Assembly (NCBI RefSeq): GCF_009914755.1 | Contig: NC_060940.1 | DNA: 64,000 nt | Origin: the human T2T-CHM13v2.0 reference genome, Homo sapiens | Strand: one strand, 5' to 3' | Shown: one piece after another, positions 1 to 15,380 of the stretch | Layout: the number at the start of each line of letters is the position of its first letter | Position numbering within the stretch: position 1 is the first letter of the stretch | Program-made: the position numbers and the translations under genes | Notes under the pieces: model-generated | What the model was told of the DNA's origin: nothing | Database searches by the model: none | The model's input: the letters and a program-made list of their open reading frames with translations, nothing else

Positions 1-555
<555 letters not shown>

Positions 556-594
556 TCAGCATGCCCTTTATGAACTGAATTATACAAATTATAT

Positions 595-745
595 ACTTTA
601 AACCTCACAACAACCTCATGAAGTGTATATACCAGTAATATTCCCATTTTATGGACAAAAAAAAGAGAAAAAAAATAGAGGCACCAAGAGGATCTTACCC
701 AAGGATGCGTGACTGGTAAGTAGCAGAGCTAGAATTTGAACCCAA
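595..745. mobile_element. MIR fragment
   Basis: 'cctcacaacaacctcatgaag...cccattttatggac...cccaagg...ggtaagtagcagagctagaatttgaaccc' matches the MIR core. Confidence 0.75.
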
Positions 746-1241
746 TCTGTTAAACAGTTCCCTCAACAAAGAATTATCTCATTTTGTGCTTGACTCTCAA
801 GCATTCATGTAGGTGAAAAACTTCTTTAGAATTCTCTGAGCCAAGAACCTAGCTCTATGTATAAACATTTTTTGTATGATTTTAATCTGCACTGAATATA
901 TTCGTTTCAGTCTCATATTCATCTGGAGACCCCTCCAGAGCTTGAGGTCTTGAGAAGTCCTGGGGCTCCAGTGGCCACTAAAGCAATGACTTTTCAAAAG
1001 AAAAGAAATGTTTCCTGAGTGTAGATGTTGCTATCTTTTTTCTTTCTCATTGTATACTTCCTTGTAGAGTACATAGGTGTTAGAGGTCAGATCTGGAGGG
1101 ATTTTGTATCCAGGAGGTTACCTTGAACTTTGATGCTGTACACTAGCCTAGTATTATTATTATTGTTGTTATTATCATTACTCCTACTATTACTCCTCCT
1201 CTTGCTGCTGCTGCTAAAGTAGCAAAACTGTCTGGCTCCCG

Positions 1242-1260
1242 GAGCGCCACCTATTGACCA
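1242..1260. promoter_or_regulatory. Candidate CTCF site
   Basis: gagcgccacctattgacca vs consensus TAGCGCCCCCTGGTGGCCA; CpGs retained; motif match only. Confidence 0.5.
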
Positions 1261-2369
1261 TATAGTTTGCCACCTGTCTCAGTTTTGTGCCATGCATGAG
1301 CTCATCCTCACCAATTATTGGCAAGATTATAGAACAGGACACAGAGTGATTCACCTTCAGTATAGCTCCCACTAGTGTGTTGCTCTTATCCCACAAGAAC
1401 GTGACTATCCAGGATTCCTTAAATCCACCAGGCTCTGAGCCAGACTGCATTTACCAATCCACAGAAATAGTGCAGACCAATTCCTTTTGTGAAAATTAAC
1501 ATATATTTTGTCTATGGCCTTCTCTTCATCACTTGCCCCAGCAAGTCTCTCCTCAAAGGATAGTCAGTTTGGCATGATTTATGTATGACGAACCCAGGTA
1601 GACTACCATAACTCACTGTTCTCATTGATAAATCGTTGATAATATATGCCTTGTAAGTTGGTGCTGTTTGGATGGCATGACTAAAGTCAAGCATTAGCAT
1701 AGTGCCCAACACTCAGGAATCTGGCAGAAAGTCAAAAGTTACACCGATCAGTGTCATTATTAGTATGCAATTTCATTCTTAGTCTTCTTGGGATTTAATT
1801 GTATTACCTAATTTATGTAATGAGACTATATTTTCTTTTCTGTCCCATTTCTATTAAACTTAGATACGTCCCCTTCTCCTTGCTTATGGAATCAAATTTT
1901 TAAATTAATTTGATTTGGGTTCTATTTTCTAATCCCATCAATAACCAGCTACAATCTGCCCTTCAGGAGGACGCTGCTTCTTAAAGCATGTCTGAGCTCC
2001 CCTAGCCACCCTGATTTATAATGTGATATTTAACACCCTCAGCTGCTTCTGAAGCCCAAGGGGCAAACTGGTTACCTAGCAACCACATACACACACTAGC
2101 TCATGGCGCAGGTTAGCCCCATTTTGTTATAATGAAATAATACGTCTTGTGAGAATGAAAAGCTAAGGTACACTATATGAGGTTAGTGTTTTGGAGAAAA
2201 ATGGGCTCTTTAGGACAGATTAGCAAAGCAGGAGTTGTGTGGGTCACCCCCTGCTTCACAGTGACTCACCACTTCCTAGAATGGAAGTCACGACCTTGAA
2301 ATCCTGAGACTTGGAGGAAATAGAGGATATGTTTGATGTACTGAACTGTCTTTAAAAATAATGTAAATT

Positions 2370-2640
2370 TAGCACTTTGGGAGGCCGAGGCGGGTGGATC
2401 ACGAGGTCAGGAGATCGAGAGCATCCTGGCTAACACGGTGAAACCCCATCTCTACTAAAAACACAAAAAATTAGCCAGGTGTGGTCGCGCGCGCCTGTAG
2501 TCCCAGCCACTCAGGAGGCTGAGACAGGAGAGTGGCGTGAACCTGGGAGGCAGAGCTTGCAGTGACCCGAGATGGCACAATTGCAGTCCACTCTGGGCGA
2601 CAGAGCGAGACTCCGTCTCAAAAATAATAATAATAATAAT
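2370..2640 (+). mobile_element. 5'-truncated AluY with (AAT)n tail
   Basis: Y diagnostics (ggatcacgagg, gatcgaga..atcctggctaacacggtg, ggcgtgaacc, gagcttgcag); TSD aataatgtaaat at 2357-2368 and 2641-2652. Confidence 0.93.
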
Positions 2641-4232
2641 AATAATGTAAATGTAGAAACCTTTGGGGGAGTGAGCAGTCCCCAGTGGAAGTATAATTTC
2701 CAGGCTATCTCACACAAGCCTGCTTGGCCCCAGGACATCCTGTTGTGATGGAGAACATCATAAAGCTCCTCCACCAACATGGAATCCATAGAGAATATTC
2801 TTACCTAGATACAAAAAGTTCAGTATTCTATCATGACTTTAATATAAGGGAAAAATAAAAGGAAGGTGATTTACAATAAAAGAATGCACACTTGAAATGT
2901 TCGGGCATGACTACACAAGAAGATATAATGACACAGCCAAATGTTTGCACCTATGTGTAATAAATCAACTTGAATTTAGGAGAAGTAAGATGATTCAGAA
3001 ATGCATTTCTTTTTTTCCAGTGTCTCTTCTACAGAATATTTTCTGAATCATAATCATTGCAGATTAAAAATCCCACAAAAAATGTTCATACAAGGAGTCA
3101 GGCTCTTGGCTCAGAAAATTCTGAAGAAGTTTCTCGCCTCCATGAATGCTTAAAGAGTCAAATACAAAATGAGATAATCCTTTGTTGGGGGAACTGTTCA
3201 CGTTTCAGAACTTTTGGCATCCTTTGCTCCACCTGCAGAGAGCCAACAAAATCCTTCACTAATTTTAGGAACCAAAAAACAAATTTCCCCACTTCTCAGT
3301 ACAGCCTTCAATACTGGTCTGTCATTTCTGCCTGACCTTGTTTCTTCTCCCAACACATCTATCCATTTGTTGATTCATTCACTGGTTATGCTTATAACGT
3401 TGTCATTATATCCTTGTCTCAGTTTTCTTATCAGTAAGGGTAAGCAGCTTCGCAGAATTTTAGGAAGGATTAAGTGATGCGTGCAAAATACTTAGAGCCC
3501 ACAAGAAGAACTTGATTAATGTTGTTCTTATTATTGCTGTATTGAATGTATCCTTTAGTACTTTCTTTTTGTATAGTACCATATGGCATAGATGTGTGTG
3601 CACACACCCCCTCACACACAAATACACACACCAAATATTTCAAAGGAATATATAGTGAAAATTCCTCCTATGTGCCTAAATCTTCCTCGGTACCCTTCCC
3701 CAGAACAGCCACTGTGTCTTCCCAGAAATTGTGTTAAGAAACAAACATGTATATCCTTTTGTGCTGTGTTTTGTAGAAGTGGAAGCTTTCTGTGCAGCCA
3801 GTTTTGCATTGTGTTCCTCACCAACAGGATCTGTCGGACGCCGTGTATATAGTTCTTCCTCATTCTCTTTAATGGCTATGTGATGTTGCATTTTATGGAT
3901 GAACCATAATCCTCAAAAACATTCGTTAGGTTGTGTTGATAACATAGAAATGTCTAAAGCAGTGAACAAAGTAGCCCATTATCTCAGGACCCAGATAACC
4001 AAGTTAACATTTTTTTAGCAAAATAAAAGTAGAAGATGCAGATGATAAAAGTAAAAGCAGGTCAGTAACAGTACAGTAAGAAAAGTAGAAATCTCCTGTC
4101 ATTTTCTGAAGTCCCAATCCCTCTAGCTCTCAAAAAAAAAAAAAATCTTAACAATTCTATGTGCATTCTTTCAGGAAAAAAGCAAGATAGAATATGGATA
4201 TACTAGCTGTGTAAGTAGCTGTGTAAGTAGCT

Positions 4233-4666
4233 TTGTAGGCTGAAAAAAGCTTATCCCCCATCCCCCTGGAAGATGTGCAAGTACTAATTCCTGGGGCCTG
4301 TGAATGTTAGCTTAGATTGCAAAAGGGACTGTGAAGGTGTGATTGAGTTAAGGATCTTGATTTAAAGAAGTTAGTCTGATAGGCCCAATGTAACCACAAG
4401 CGTCCTTATAAGAGGCTCACCAGTGGTCAGAGAGGAAAGGTGATGTTGTCCTGCTGGCTTTGAAGTTGGAGGAAGAGGCCATGTGCCAAGAGATGCCAGC
4501 AGCACCTAGAAGCAGGAAAAGGTAAGGGAACCTCATGTCACTAGAAGGAATGTAGCCCTTTGGATTCATTTTAGACTCCCGACCTCCAGAACTGTCAGAG
4601 AATACATTTGTGTTGTTTTAAGCCACCAAATCTGTGATAATCTGTTACAGCCGTAGGAAGGTAATA
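4233..4666 (+). mobile_element. MLT1-family MaLR solo LTR
   Basis: 'gtgattgagttaaggatcttga', 'ctggctttgaagttggagg', 'gacctccagaactgtcagagaatacatttgtgttgttttaagccacc' are MLT1 hallmarks. Confidence 0.8.
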
Positions 4667-5212
4667 TTTTAGCGAATATTTTTATTTGCATAAGTACCAC
4701 ACTCTGTATGTGCACTGAGTTGTTCTTTACTAATATTGCCATGTTATCTAATTTTTCACAGGCATATTCCTTTCTCCCAAATTAGGTTTACAAGCACCTT
4801 GGAGGCAGAGGCTGTGGTTGGTATCACTTTGCATTCCTCCCGGCTCTTCTCTCAGCAGGAGGAAATATAGCTGCCTTAGTTAAAAATAAAAAAGGATTCT
4901 GAAGGCACACAGTTCAAAGTTAGAACAGGCAGCCAATGCGTTTGATGTCCTTGAGCCACATGCCCTCAGCCCACCTGGATCTCGGCTGCAGCTGCATTGG
5001 GCACTCCCACCTTCTTCCAGCAGCTTCTCCCCGCTTTTCCAGGACCAAGAAAATTCTTTGCCAGCACATAGTAGCCCCAAATCAAGGAAGCTAATGTCCT
5101 CAGAGGTGACCTCCAGCCAGTGGGGACAGGGGTCAGTGGATCAATGCCCAGGCCCCTGTCTATGAAAGGGCAATTCTGAGATGTGCTCTCTGCAGGTCCC
5201 CAGTAGGACTGA

Positions 5213-5782
<570 letters not shown>

Positions 5783-7294
5783 TGAGGATTCTGTAACAAG
5801 CCAGTCTTCTAAAACTGAATTTTTTTTGTCTATCAATGAAGATAGCAGAATCTACCTCAATAGAGTATTGTACAGTTTGAAAGAGATAATGTATACAAAG
5901 TATCTTATACATTGTCCATAGCTACTATTGTTAAAATTAGTTTATGACTATTACATCATAGTAATTGCTTTCTAAAAAGTAACTTAATGAAACACATACA
6001 TCAAATGCCTGATGAAAGCTGAATTTTCTAAAATTGGTCTTGGCCTTCAAAAGATTTCTCATTCCTTCTACCATGTATATTCAACAGATAATTTTGAGCG
6101 CCTACTGTGTGCCAGGCAGCCCTCTGGGAGCAGGAAGACTGCAGTGAGCAAAGCAAACAAAACTCCCATTTTCCTATGTCAGATGCAAGTGGACTCATTC
6201 AGCACATGCTATTTGCATCCTGGAGGTATCAAGGCAAAGAAAACACAGTTTTTGCCTCCAGAGGCATAATCTTACCTCCTGCCCGTTTATTTGAAATACA
6301 CACAGTTGAAATATTGTTGTAGGTTTATCGATTTTCTATATGTTTATTAGGCTCCTGCTATATGCCAAGTACTGTGGTTAGCACCATCCTCATATAAACA
6401 TTATCATCTTAGCCCCTGAGCTTAAGGAAATGTCCAGGCTGCTAAAGCAGATCTGTGAAAAAGCTCAGCCTGCTTTTTTTCAGCTAGACTACTATGACTC
6501 TAGCTCAGAAAAAAAATTATTTCTAATCACTGGTTCTAATACAAATAAAATGTAGTGATTCATTAATCTCCTTAGCCTATTATTGCAAATTGAGTTTTCT
6601 TTCAAATATACCTAAAGAAGGTAGGTGCCCACTAAACATTTCAGGGGAGTTTTATTTAAGCTGCAAATAAAATTAGTTTACTCATTTTTAATTTAATTCC
6701 CAGGAGGCATTTTGGAAACCTTCCCTCCTCATTTGACCCAAAATCATTTTTAAAAATTATTGTTCTCCTAAATTGAAGCCCTTTCCAGCATTGCGCATTA
6801 GAAGTCTTAAAACTCATCTGTTTTCTTTTTGTAATTGACTTACAAATGCGTTATCGACTCACAAATGTATAACTGAGTATGCATGGCATTTTAAAAGGGC
6901 AGAGTTTCCATTTGCTTCTTGATTTCTTTGGGGGTTCTCATTTTCCTAAGCCCTCTTCCCACAACATTCCCAGTCATTCCTTGGGTCATCTCTCAGGTGT
7001 CACCACCCTGCTAGCATCTTAATGGAGCGGCTGTGTCTCCTCCCAGCAGCAGTGGCACCAGAAGATTTAGCTGTGTTGGGGACAACGTTCAGAATCCTCA
7101 TTTGCTGCTAAAGATGTACCCGGTCTCATTCTCCTGACACATGGATGATGATCTTGTGACCCGTGTGACTATGACTGTATCACTCTGATCATCACTAGAA
7201 CAATAAGTAATCTAAATAATAAGAAATTCTGCATGTTCCATTGACAAAACTGGGAACACTGCACACACATACACATATTCACACAAACCATATA

Positions 7295-7668
7295 CAGTCA
7301 CGTGTCACTCAACAATGGGGATACCTTCTGAGAAGGTATCATTAGATGATTTGTCATTGTGCAAACATCATATAGTGCACTTACGCAAATCTAGATGGTA
7401 TATTCTGCTACATGCCTATCCTGTATGACATTGCCTCTTGCGCCTAGGCTACAAACCTGTACGGCTGTTACTCTATTGAATACTGTAAACAATTATAACA
7501 CAACAGTAAATATGTGTGTATCTAAACATAGAAAAGATACCATAAAAATACAGTATAAAATATTTAAAATGGTATCCCTGTATAGGAAAGCTCGATTATA
7601 ATCTAATGAGACAACTTTCCTATATGTGGCCCGTCATTGACTGATATATTGTTATCCAGCAATGACTG
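7295..7668. mobile_element. Tigger3-like (TcMar-Tigger) non-autonomous DNA transposon
   Basis: TA|CAGTCA...TGACTG|TA termini with TA TSD; internal 'ggggataccttctgagaa...aacatcatatagtgcacttacgcaaatctagatggt'. Confidence 0.85.
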
Positions 7669-8019
7669 TACTTAAGTAACTTTAATAGAAGCATGAAGAA
7701 TGTAGTAGTTGTCATTTGAAAAGGGCCTTGCTAAATGTAACCTTCAGTTAAAGCAAGTCAGCCTAGTGGAGGATGGTGGCTGCTCATGTTGTCTTATGTG
7801 GATATAAACCTATATATCCCCACTAAGTGTGAAAAGATGTCATGCACCAGGAAGCATGCAGGAGACTTGGTAAGGAGACAGAGGGATGCAGAGACTAAGC
7901 CCAAGGCTGGGAGCACAAGGCTTCCTTCCTTGGTCCAGGTGTTTCTGCATGGGAACAGAAGATTGGTGTCTGCTTTTCAGTGACGTGGCTGAATCAGAGT
8001 GAGTGAGTGGGTGGTTTAT

Positions 8020-8470
8020 TGTTGGTTTCCACAGATGCTGATGCTGAGGCAAGAAATCAAGTCAAAATTGGTTTATTTTGGGAGGTACAGGAAACACCAG
8101 TAGAAAAGTGAGGAAATAAGACAGGGGACGGAAGGCAGCCAATAACGTAACCAGCCAGCTGCTTTCATGAGAGACTGGAGCATCGTCCCACCGGGAAACA
8201 ATAAAAAATAGTGTAAAAACGCATAAGCTTCAGAGAAAGATATGGGAGCTGGGGAGTGGATATGCCAATCCCATTCTTGACTGATTGAAGGCTGCTGCTA
8301 GGGACATTAATCCCCCAGCACTCCTGGGCTACCATGTGCCAAGCAGAGCTGCCTGCTGTGCCTTTGGGGAAAGCCCTCATGCAGCGACACGGGGCAATGG
8401 TAGTTGTCTGCCTTGTGAAGGAGTAAGACCCGGGGCTATGACTAGGGTATCAGCAGAGCCTGCTCCAAGA
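8020..8470. mobile_element. LTR16-like ERVL LTR
   Basis: 'gatgctgaggcaagaaatcaag...gtttattttgggagg...ggaaacaccagtag...gtgaggaaataagacaggg' resembles LTR16; boundaries approximate. Confidence 0.6.
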
Positions 8471-10019
8471 ATGGTTAAGGGTTTGGTTTGGGACATGTAG
8501 AGTTCAAGCAACCTGGGAGGCACCTAGGTGATGTGACTCAGACCTCTGTCAATACTGGCTGGAGTTTCACCATCAATATTGATCTGTTGAGTAATCTACC
8601 CATTGTATGTGCTTTATAGTGACTGAATTACCAACATGCATCTGCCTAGCCTATTTCCCTCTTCAAAATGGCATCTCCCACACATGAAACTTCCTCCTTG
8701 ATTATATCAAACAGGACCAATAAATCATTCAGCTTTTCCCCAGAAGTGGGATGTTGAGTGGTACAATCCATGATGTGCCATTTCTCAACAAGGCAGATGA
8801 TATTTGATTCTTGGGATATCAGTAAGTCTGGGTTATTTAACTGGCTTTTTTTCTAAATCCTGACTTGTGTCCAGTTGCTTAACCAGATTTAGAAGAAGCC
8901 ATGTTTACATGGAATTTCTGAATTACAAGCTGAGAAATGTTTCCAGAAGATATTTTAAAGCCTCCTTAAGAAGGCTAGTGGGCCTTATTTCCTGTGTGAA
9001 ACAACTTTTATCAAAATGTATTTGACACTGGGAGTGTGGGTGAACTGGTGAAAAGGTCCCTGAGAGTTCGGGTCCCTGAGAGTTGCAAGCACAAATCCTG
9101 TTAACAGGTAATAAGATTATGAGCATAGCCCATGTAGAGCGCATGGTTTTATCAGCTGAAGTGAAGCACCAAGATGCCAAGTTGTTAATGGAATTCAGCA
9201 TCTGTGTCTTTCATGGGTCTCTAAATAGACAAGGTTCAATGCTACCCAAATTTCCTGCAGAATCAAAACCACGTTCGCCTTTGGAATGGGTATTTATTTA
9301 TTGCTTTTACTCTGGGGAAAAAGGCTTTTTTACTTTATAACCTTTTTATCTCTTATACAGCAATTTCCTTCCATCTTCTAAAAATGTTAGAAAATAAAGC
9401 AAATATGAAAATTCATGTTGCATTTCTAAGCATCTGACCACAATCTATAGATCAAGATAATGCCAGACTCTAATTTCAGTGTTTAGCAAGGTTACTGGCA
9501 AATAGCATTTGAGAAAAGAGAAAAAATAGTATATTGAAGGCAATACCCACCCCCTATATTTTGTATTACCATCTTTTGTAAGCTCTGGTCATGCAATGCT
9601 ATCATAGGATATTTTTCCTTCCTTCTTTTATGTCTTTTTGGGTCATTTTAAATATACCCCATTTATATATGCTACTCATAGAAATTAGTTCTTTATTCTC
9701 CATTGAACTTTTCTGAAAAGTATTATAAAGAAGGTTCAATTTAATTATGTTCAAGTAACTGAGTCGTTGGCAATCAGCTGCCAACATTTTGATTGTTTTC
9801 TTGTGGGATTCAGTCCTAGTATTGAGTGCCCACTAACAACTGCCAAATTTAGTCATCCAAATCACCACGACAATAAGCTCCAGGTATTGAAACATCAAGA
9901 CTGAAGCCACCACTTACGATCCAGTCAACCTTTTTAACTGTCAGTGCTTCCAGTCTTTGCCGAAATACACAGCATTAAAATTCATAAGTCAACCCATGTC
10001 CGTGCGTCCTTTTTCTCTC

Positions 10020-10565
10020 CCATATCCAGTTGGTCACTTGCTTCATGCTGATCCATCCATAGCGGTCGTGGTCCACACTCCAGCCCTCCTTTACATCCTC
10101 CAGACAGATAGGGTTCTTTCTATGGCTTAAAGGTGCCAACCTCATTCCTGTCTCAGGGACCTCACACAATTGCTCCTTTAGCCTGAAACAATCACCCACT
10201 AATCTCTGCATAGCTGAGACCACCTTGTTATTCAGGTCTTACCTGAAATGTAGCTTCCTCAGAGAGGTCTTGTCTGGTTACCCCACTGAAATTAGCATCC
10301 CCCTTTACTGTGTTCCATTAAACCTCCCACTTTTCTTTCTTTTGAAGCATTTACCATCATCCACAAGCATCCAATGTATATCACCGTTGTGTGGTTTATT
10401 GTTGGCTTCTTCATTGCTAGACCAAGAGCTCCATGAAAGCATGGGCCTTGTCTCTCTTGTTCTCAGTGAAATCATATGTGCTCAATATGGGGGTTAGCAC
10501 ATAGTCAATGAATATTCAAATTCATTCATTTAAATATTTAAATATTTAAAAAATAAATATTGAGA
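10020..10565 (+). mobile_element. L2 3' fragment
   Basis: 'tcagggacctcacac...ttcaggtctt...cttcctcagagagg...aagagctccatgaaagcatggg...gcacatagtc' L2 3' motifs. Confidence 0.7.
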
Positions 10566-11173
10566 TACACTACCATTCATTTGGCACACAGCACATGCTA
10601 CTTTTAATTGTGATGGCTCAAATAACCTATGATACTGCAAAGACCATTTTTATGCCCTTATAGGTCATGTAGTACCTTTTGTTCTCTGATATGTCCCTAG
10701 TACACATTACAGTGTTTCACACAGAGTAGGCACTTAAACATACCAGCTAGTGGATAGTGTGATGATGCCAGGAAGTAATATACAAGGGTAGGAAACTAAC
10801 AAGTATGGAGCATCTCATATGTGTACTGGCATCTGACTTCTCATTTAGTCCTCATAACAAGTTTATAAGGTAGATAGTAACATCCCACATTACAGAGGAA
10901 AAACACGAGCTTGTAATTGCATGATAAGCGCATAAGGAGCAAATCTGGAATCCAAGCCTGTGTTCTCTGCAGGGTGCCATTGTGCTACTGACAGTGTGCT
11001 AAGTTTAGGTTCTCTGTGGATGTTTGTGAAGGAGGCACAGGGAGGCAAGGAGAGCCACAAGCTCATGGCTCTATGGCTGGAACTTCATACCATTAATGAC
11101 CACTTAAGAACGTGCTGAATGCACCTATGCATGTGGAATCATGTACTTCCTTTTCACATTGTAAATGTGTCTA

Positions 11174-11489
<316 letters not shown>

Positions 11490-12704
11490 TAAATGTGTCT
11501 ACAAACAGAGGTTTTTGAGAGTCAGGCATAAGCCCCCACCTTAGTGATACTGATGCAGCCACCTCGAAATGGGAGGTGGGTCACCCATCTTTATTTGTGG
11601 TCCCCGAAGAAAGAAGATCTCAGCGGGGAGAAGGTGGGGTGGGGCACATCAACTCCTTGCAGGTAGACACTCTGACAAGAATGTATGCACTACTCAAAAT
11701 GTTTCTTACCCATGGTTCCTAATACGGTGAAGTCATGAGCCCCCTTAAGACCCAGTGAAAGTGGAACAATTCCACGTGCACATAAGCCATGCATTTACGA
11801 TTTCAGGACATCTTTGAACCCAGGGCAAGAACTGCAGCTTTGGGAAATTCCCAGAACAGTAAACAGTGTAAATTCTCAAAAGGGGGTTTATTTCATGTTA
11901 CTTCCTTTTTTAAAGAAATGTAACTGTGTTGTATTACCATTAGACGTAATTGGGTGAGAAATTACTTATAAACCTGTCATCATAACATAGCTATTGTTTT
12001 CTTTGTCCAATATATTGACATTTTATTCCACTGTGCACATAGAGTTCTGCATTTGGCTGTTTTTACTTAATACATCATAGCATCAAACAGTGGTAATGCC
12101 ATTTCACAGTCTGTATTTAATTGGAAGTGTTTTAGTATAATGTTATTGTAATACTCAAATGCAAAGGCACGGTGATGCAGTGAAGATTGGTTTCTGTTTT
12201 GTCTAAAATTATTGTAGAACCCATTAAATTTTGTAATGCACATTCTCTTCCATCTACAGGTCTCCCATAAAATAGCTTCAAATCTCACAATCAATGATAT
12301 TTTAAAGCAGCACATAAGAGTATTTAGCTTTAATGTGATCATTGCCTCAGGCTGTAATAAAAACAGAATTTTTCCCCAATTATTATCCGTCACTCCTCCT
12401 CCATAGTCCATCATGATAAAACCGAGCGACTTTCATTCCTCACCAGGCAACTAATCATCCCTTTGCTGAGCATTCTTCATAAATGGAATGGAATAAATTT
12501 CATTATGCAATGCGGTAATGTTCCCCAACTAGAGATCGGGGTGTAGCAATCTTGGGGAAAGTTACAGTCAAGATTATTAAAATATATGAAACTTAAAGAG
12601 AAATAGTGTCCTAATCATGCAGCCCATAATAGGCTGTGCCAACCCCACTTATCCTCAAAACAGCCCTCCCTTACCTTGCCGGCCTCATCTAAATGCTGCT
12701 GTCT

Positions 12705-13005
12705 GCAGTGCACGGTGGCTCATGCCTGTAATCTCAGCACTTTGGGAGGCTGAGGCGAGAGGATCACCTGAGGTTGGGAGTTCGAGTCCAGCCTGGCCAA
12801 CATGGTAAAACCCCGTCTCTACTAAAACTACAAAAAAAATTTGCTAGGTGTGGTGGGCACACACCTGTAATCTCAGCTACTAGGGAGGCCAAGGCAGAAA
12901 AATTGCTTGAACCTGGGAGGTGCAGGTTGCAGTAAGCTGAGATCACTCACCACTGTACTCCAGCCTGGGCAATAGAGCGAGACTCCATCTCAAAAAAAAC
13001 AAAAA
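12705..13005 (+). mobile_element. AluS-type
   Basis: Alu consensus with poly(A) tail. Confidence 0.92.
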
Positions 13006-13254
13006 TACTCTTCTCTCTTGTTGTCCTTTGTAAACTTCTGAAAATTAGACAATACTTGATTCTTTTACTTCCCTAACAAGTACCTGCTTACCAACCTGCT
13101 ATAGTTTTATAGAAGTACTCTCTGAAAAGGTACCAAAAATATTCTCATTCCTACATCCAATAGCTGTTTTTCTTATTTGGTTGGAATTTTCCATATGAAT
13201 CAACATGCTCAACCATTTTCTTGAGGATCTTTTTGTCGTAGCAGTTGTTGTTTA

Positions 13255-13375
13255 AAAAACAACTTTATTAATACATAATTCATATACTGTATAATTCACC
13301 CATTTAAAATGTGCAATTTAATCTTTTAAAGTATATTCACAGGGTGATGCAACCACCACCACAGTCTGATTTTAT
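13255..13375 (-). mobile_element. Old L1M 3'-end fragment
   Basis: 'aactttattaatacataattcatatactgtataattcacccatttaaaatgtgcaatt...atattcacag' is a reversed L1MB/MC-type 3' end. Confidence 0.7.
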
Positions 13376-13409
13376 ATTTTTAGAGGAAACAAATATATAT
13401 GTTTATATT

Positions 13410-15380
13410 TAAATTTTATTTTATTGTGATAAGGACACTTACCTGAGACCTTAATAGATTTTAAGTGTACAGTAGTATTGACTCTAGGTACAGCATTGTA
13501 TGGCAGATCGCTAGAACCCCTTCATCTTGTTTAATTGAAACTTTATGCCTGTTGATTAGTATCTCTCAAGTTTTCCCTCCCCCTAGACCCTGACAGACAC
13601 CAATTCAGTCTTTGGTTTGGGTTATATGACTATTTTGAGTACTTCATGTAAGTGGAACCATGCAGTATTAGTCTTTCTGAGACTGGTTTATTTCACGTCA
13701 CATAATGTCTTCAAGATTCATCCATGTTGTTGCATATTGCAGAATATCCTTCACTTGTGAGGTTGAATCATATTTTATTCTATGTATGTGTCATATTTAT
13801 CCACTCATCCATCACTGAACATTTAGGTTGTTTGTACCTCTTGTGTATTGTGAATAGTGCTGCAGTGAACGTGGTAGCTCTCCAGTAATATCTTCAAACT
13901 ATCTCTTGAAGATCCTGATTTCAATATTGTTGGACAAATACCCAGAAGTGGGTTGCTGGGTCATATGGTAGAAAAGTTGGTTTTTTGAAAAGATAAGCAA
14001 AATTGACAAACCCTTAGCTAGACTAAGGGGAAAAAAGAGAGAAGATTCAAATAAATAAAATTAGAAATGAAAGAGGGAACATTACCACTTATACCACAGA
14101 AATAAAAAGGTTCATAAGAGACCCCTATGAACAGTTCCCTGCCAAAAAAAATGAAAAAAAAACCTAGGTAACCTAGAGAAAAATGAGTAAATTCCTAAAA
14201 ACATACAACCTACCAAGATTAAATCGTGAAGAAATAGAAAGTCCGAACGGACCCATAACTCATAGGGAGATTGAATCGGTAACCACAAATTCTCAACAAA
14301 GTAAAGCTTAAGACCAGATGTTTGGCCCACCAAACATTTAAAGAATTGATGAGAATCCTTCTCAAACTCTTCCGAACAGCTGGAGAGGGAGTGACACTTC
14401 CAAACTCATTTTATAAAGCTAGTATTACCCTGACACCAAAGCCAGACAAACACCACAAGAAAAGAAAACAAAAGACCAATATCCCTGATAAATGTAGAAG
14501 CAAAAGTCCTTAACAAAATACTAGCAAACTGAATCCAGCAGCACATTAAGAGGATCACAGGTCATGATCAAGTGTGCATGGGAGTCAGGAATTGTTCAAC
14601 ACACAGAAATCAATCAATGTGATACACCACATTAGCAGACTAGAAAATAAAAACCACATGATTGTCTCAGATGCAGAAAAAGTACTTGACAAAATTCAGT
14701 GCCCTTTCATGATAAAAACTCTCAAAACTAGGAATAGAAGGAAAGTACCTCAACATAATAAAGGCCACATATGAAAAGTCCATAGCTAACGTCATACTCA
14801 ACAGTGATAAAACTAAAAGCTTACCTTCTAAGATCAGAAACAAGATAGGGATACTCACTGTCACCAGTTCTATTCAACATAGTCCTGGAAGTCCTCACAG
14901 GAGCAAGTAGGCAAGAAATAGAAACAAAAGGGATCCAAAACAGGAAGAAGTAAAATGTCCCGGTTTGTAGACAAAATGATCTCACATATAGAAAATAACT
15001 GAAGAACCCATTAAAAACTATTAGAATTAATAAATGAATTTAGTAAATTTGTGGGATACAAAATCAACAAACAAAAATTAGTTATGTTTCTATACACTAA
15101 CACTAACTGATCTAAAAAGGAAATCAAGAAAACAATCCCTTTACAATAGTACCAAAAAGAATAAAATACACAGTCATAAACTTAACTAAGACAGTGAAAG
15201 ACATGTATTCTGAAAACTACAAAACATTGACGAAGGGAATTTTAAAAGACACAAACAGATAGAGATCTTGTATAGATGGATTGGAAGACTTACTATTGTT
15301 AAAACATCCACATTACCCAAAATTATCTACAGATTTAATGCAATCAGAATTTCAGTGGCATTTTTTACAGAAATAGGAAA
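13410..15380. mobile_element. L1MA (L1MA8-10-like) with 5' inversion: 3' end on minus (13410-13970), decayed ORF2 segment on plus (13971-15380)
   Basis: Reversed L1MA 3' UTR ending at 'gggtcatatggta' joins directly to sense ORF2 sequence; ORF-track peptides [27 protein letters not shown] and [16 protein letters not shown] are L1 ORF2 RT-region remnants. Confidence 0.88.

Noticed and set aside
12067-12414. 115-aa minus-strand ORF in unique DNA
   Set aside because: No recognisable domain, AT-rich composition and no supporting gene structure; more likely non-coding.
14322-14774. Reverse-transcriptase-like peptides
   Set aside because: Frameshifted, stop-containing L1 ORF2 fossil, not a functional or novel RT system.
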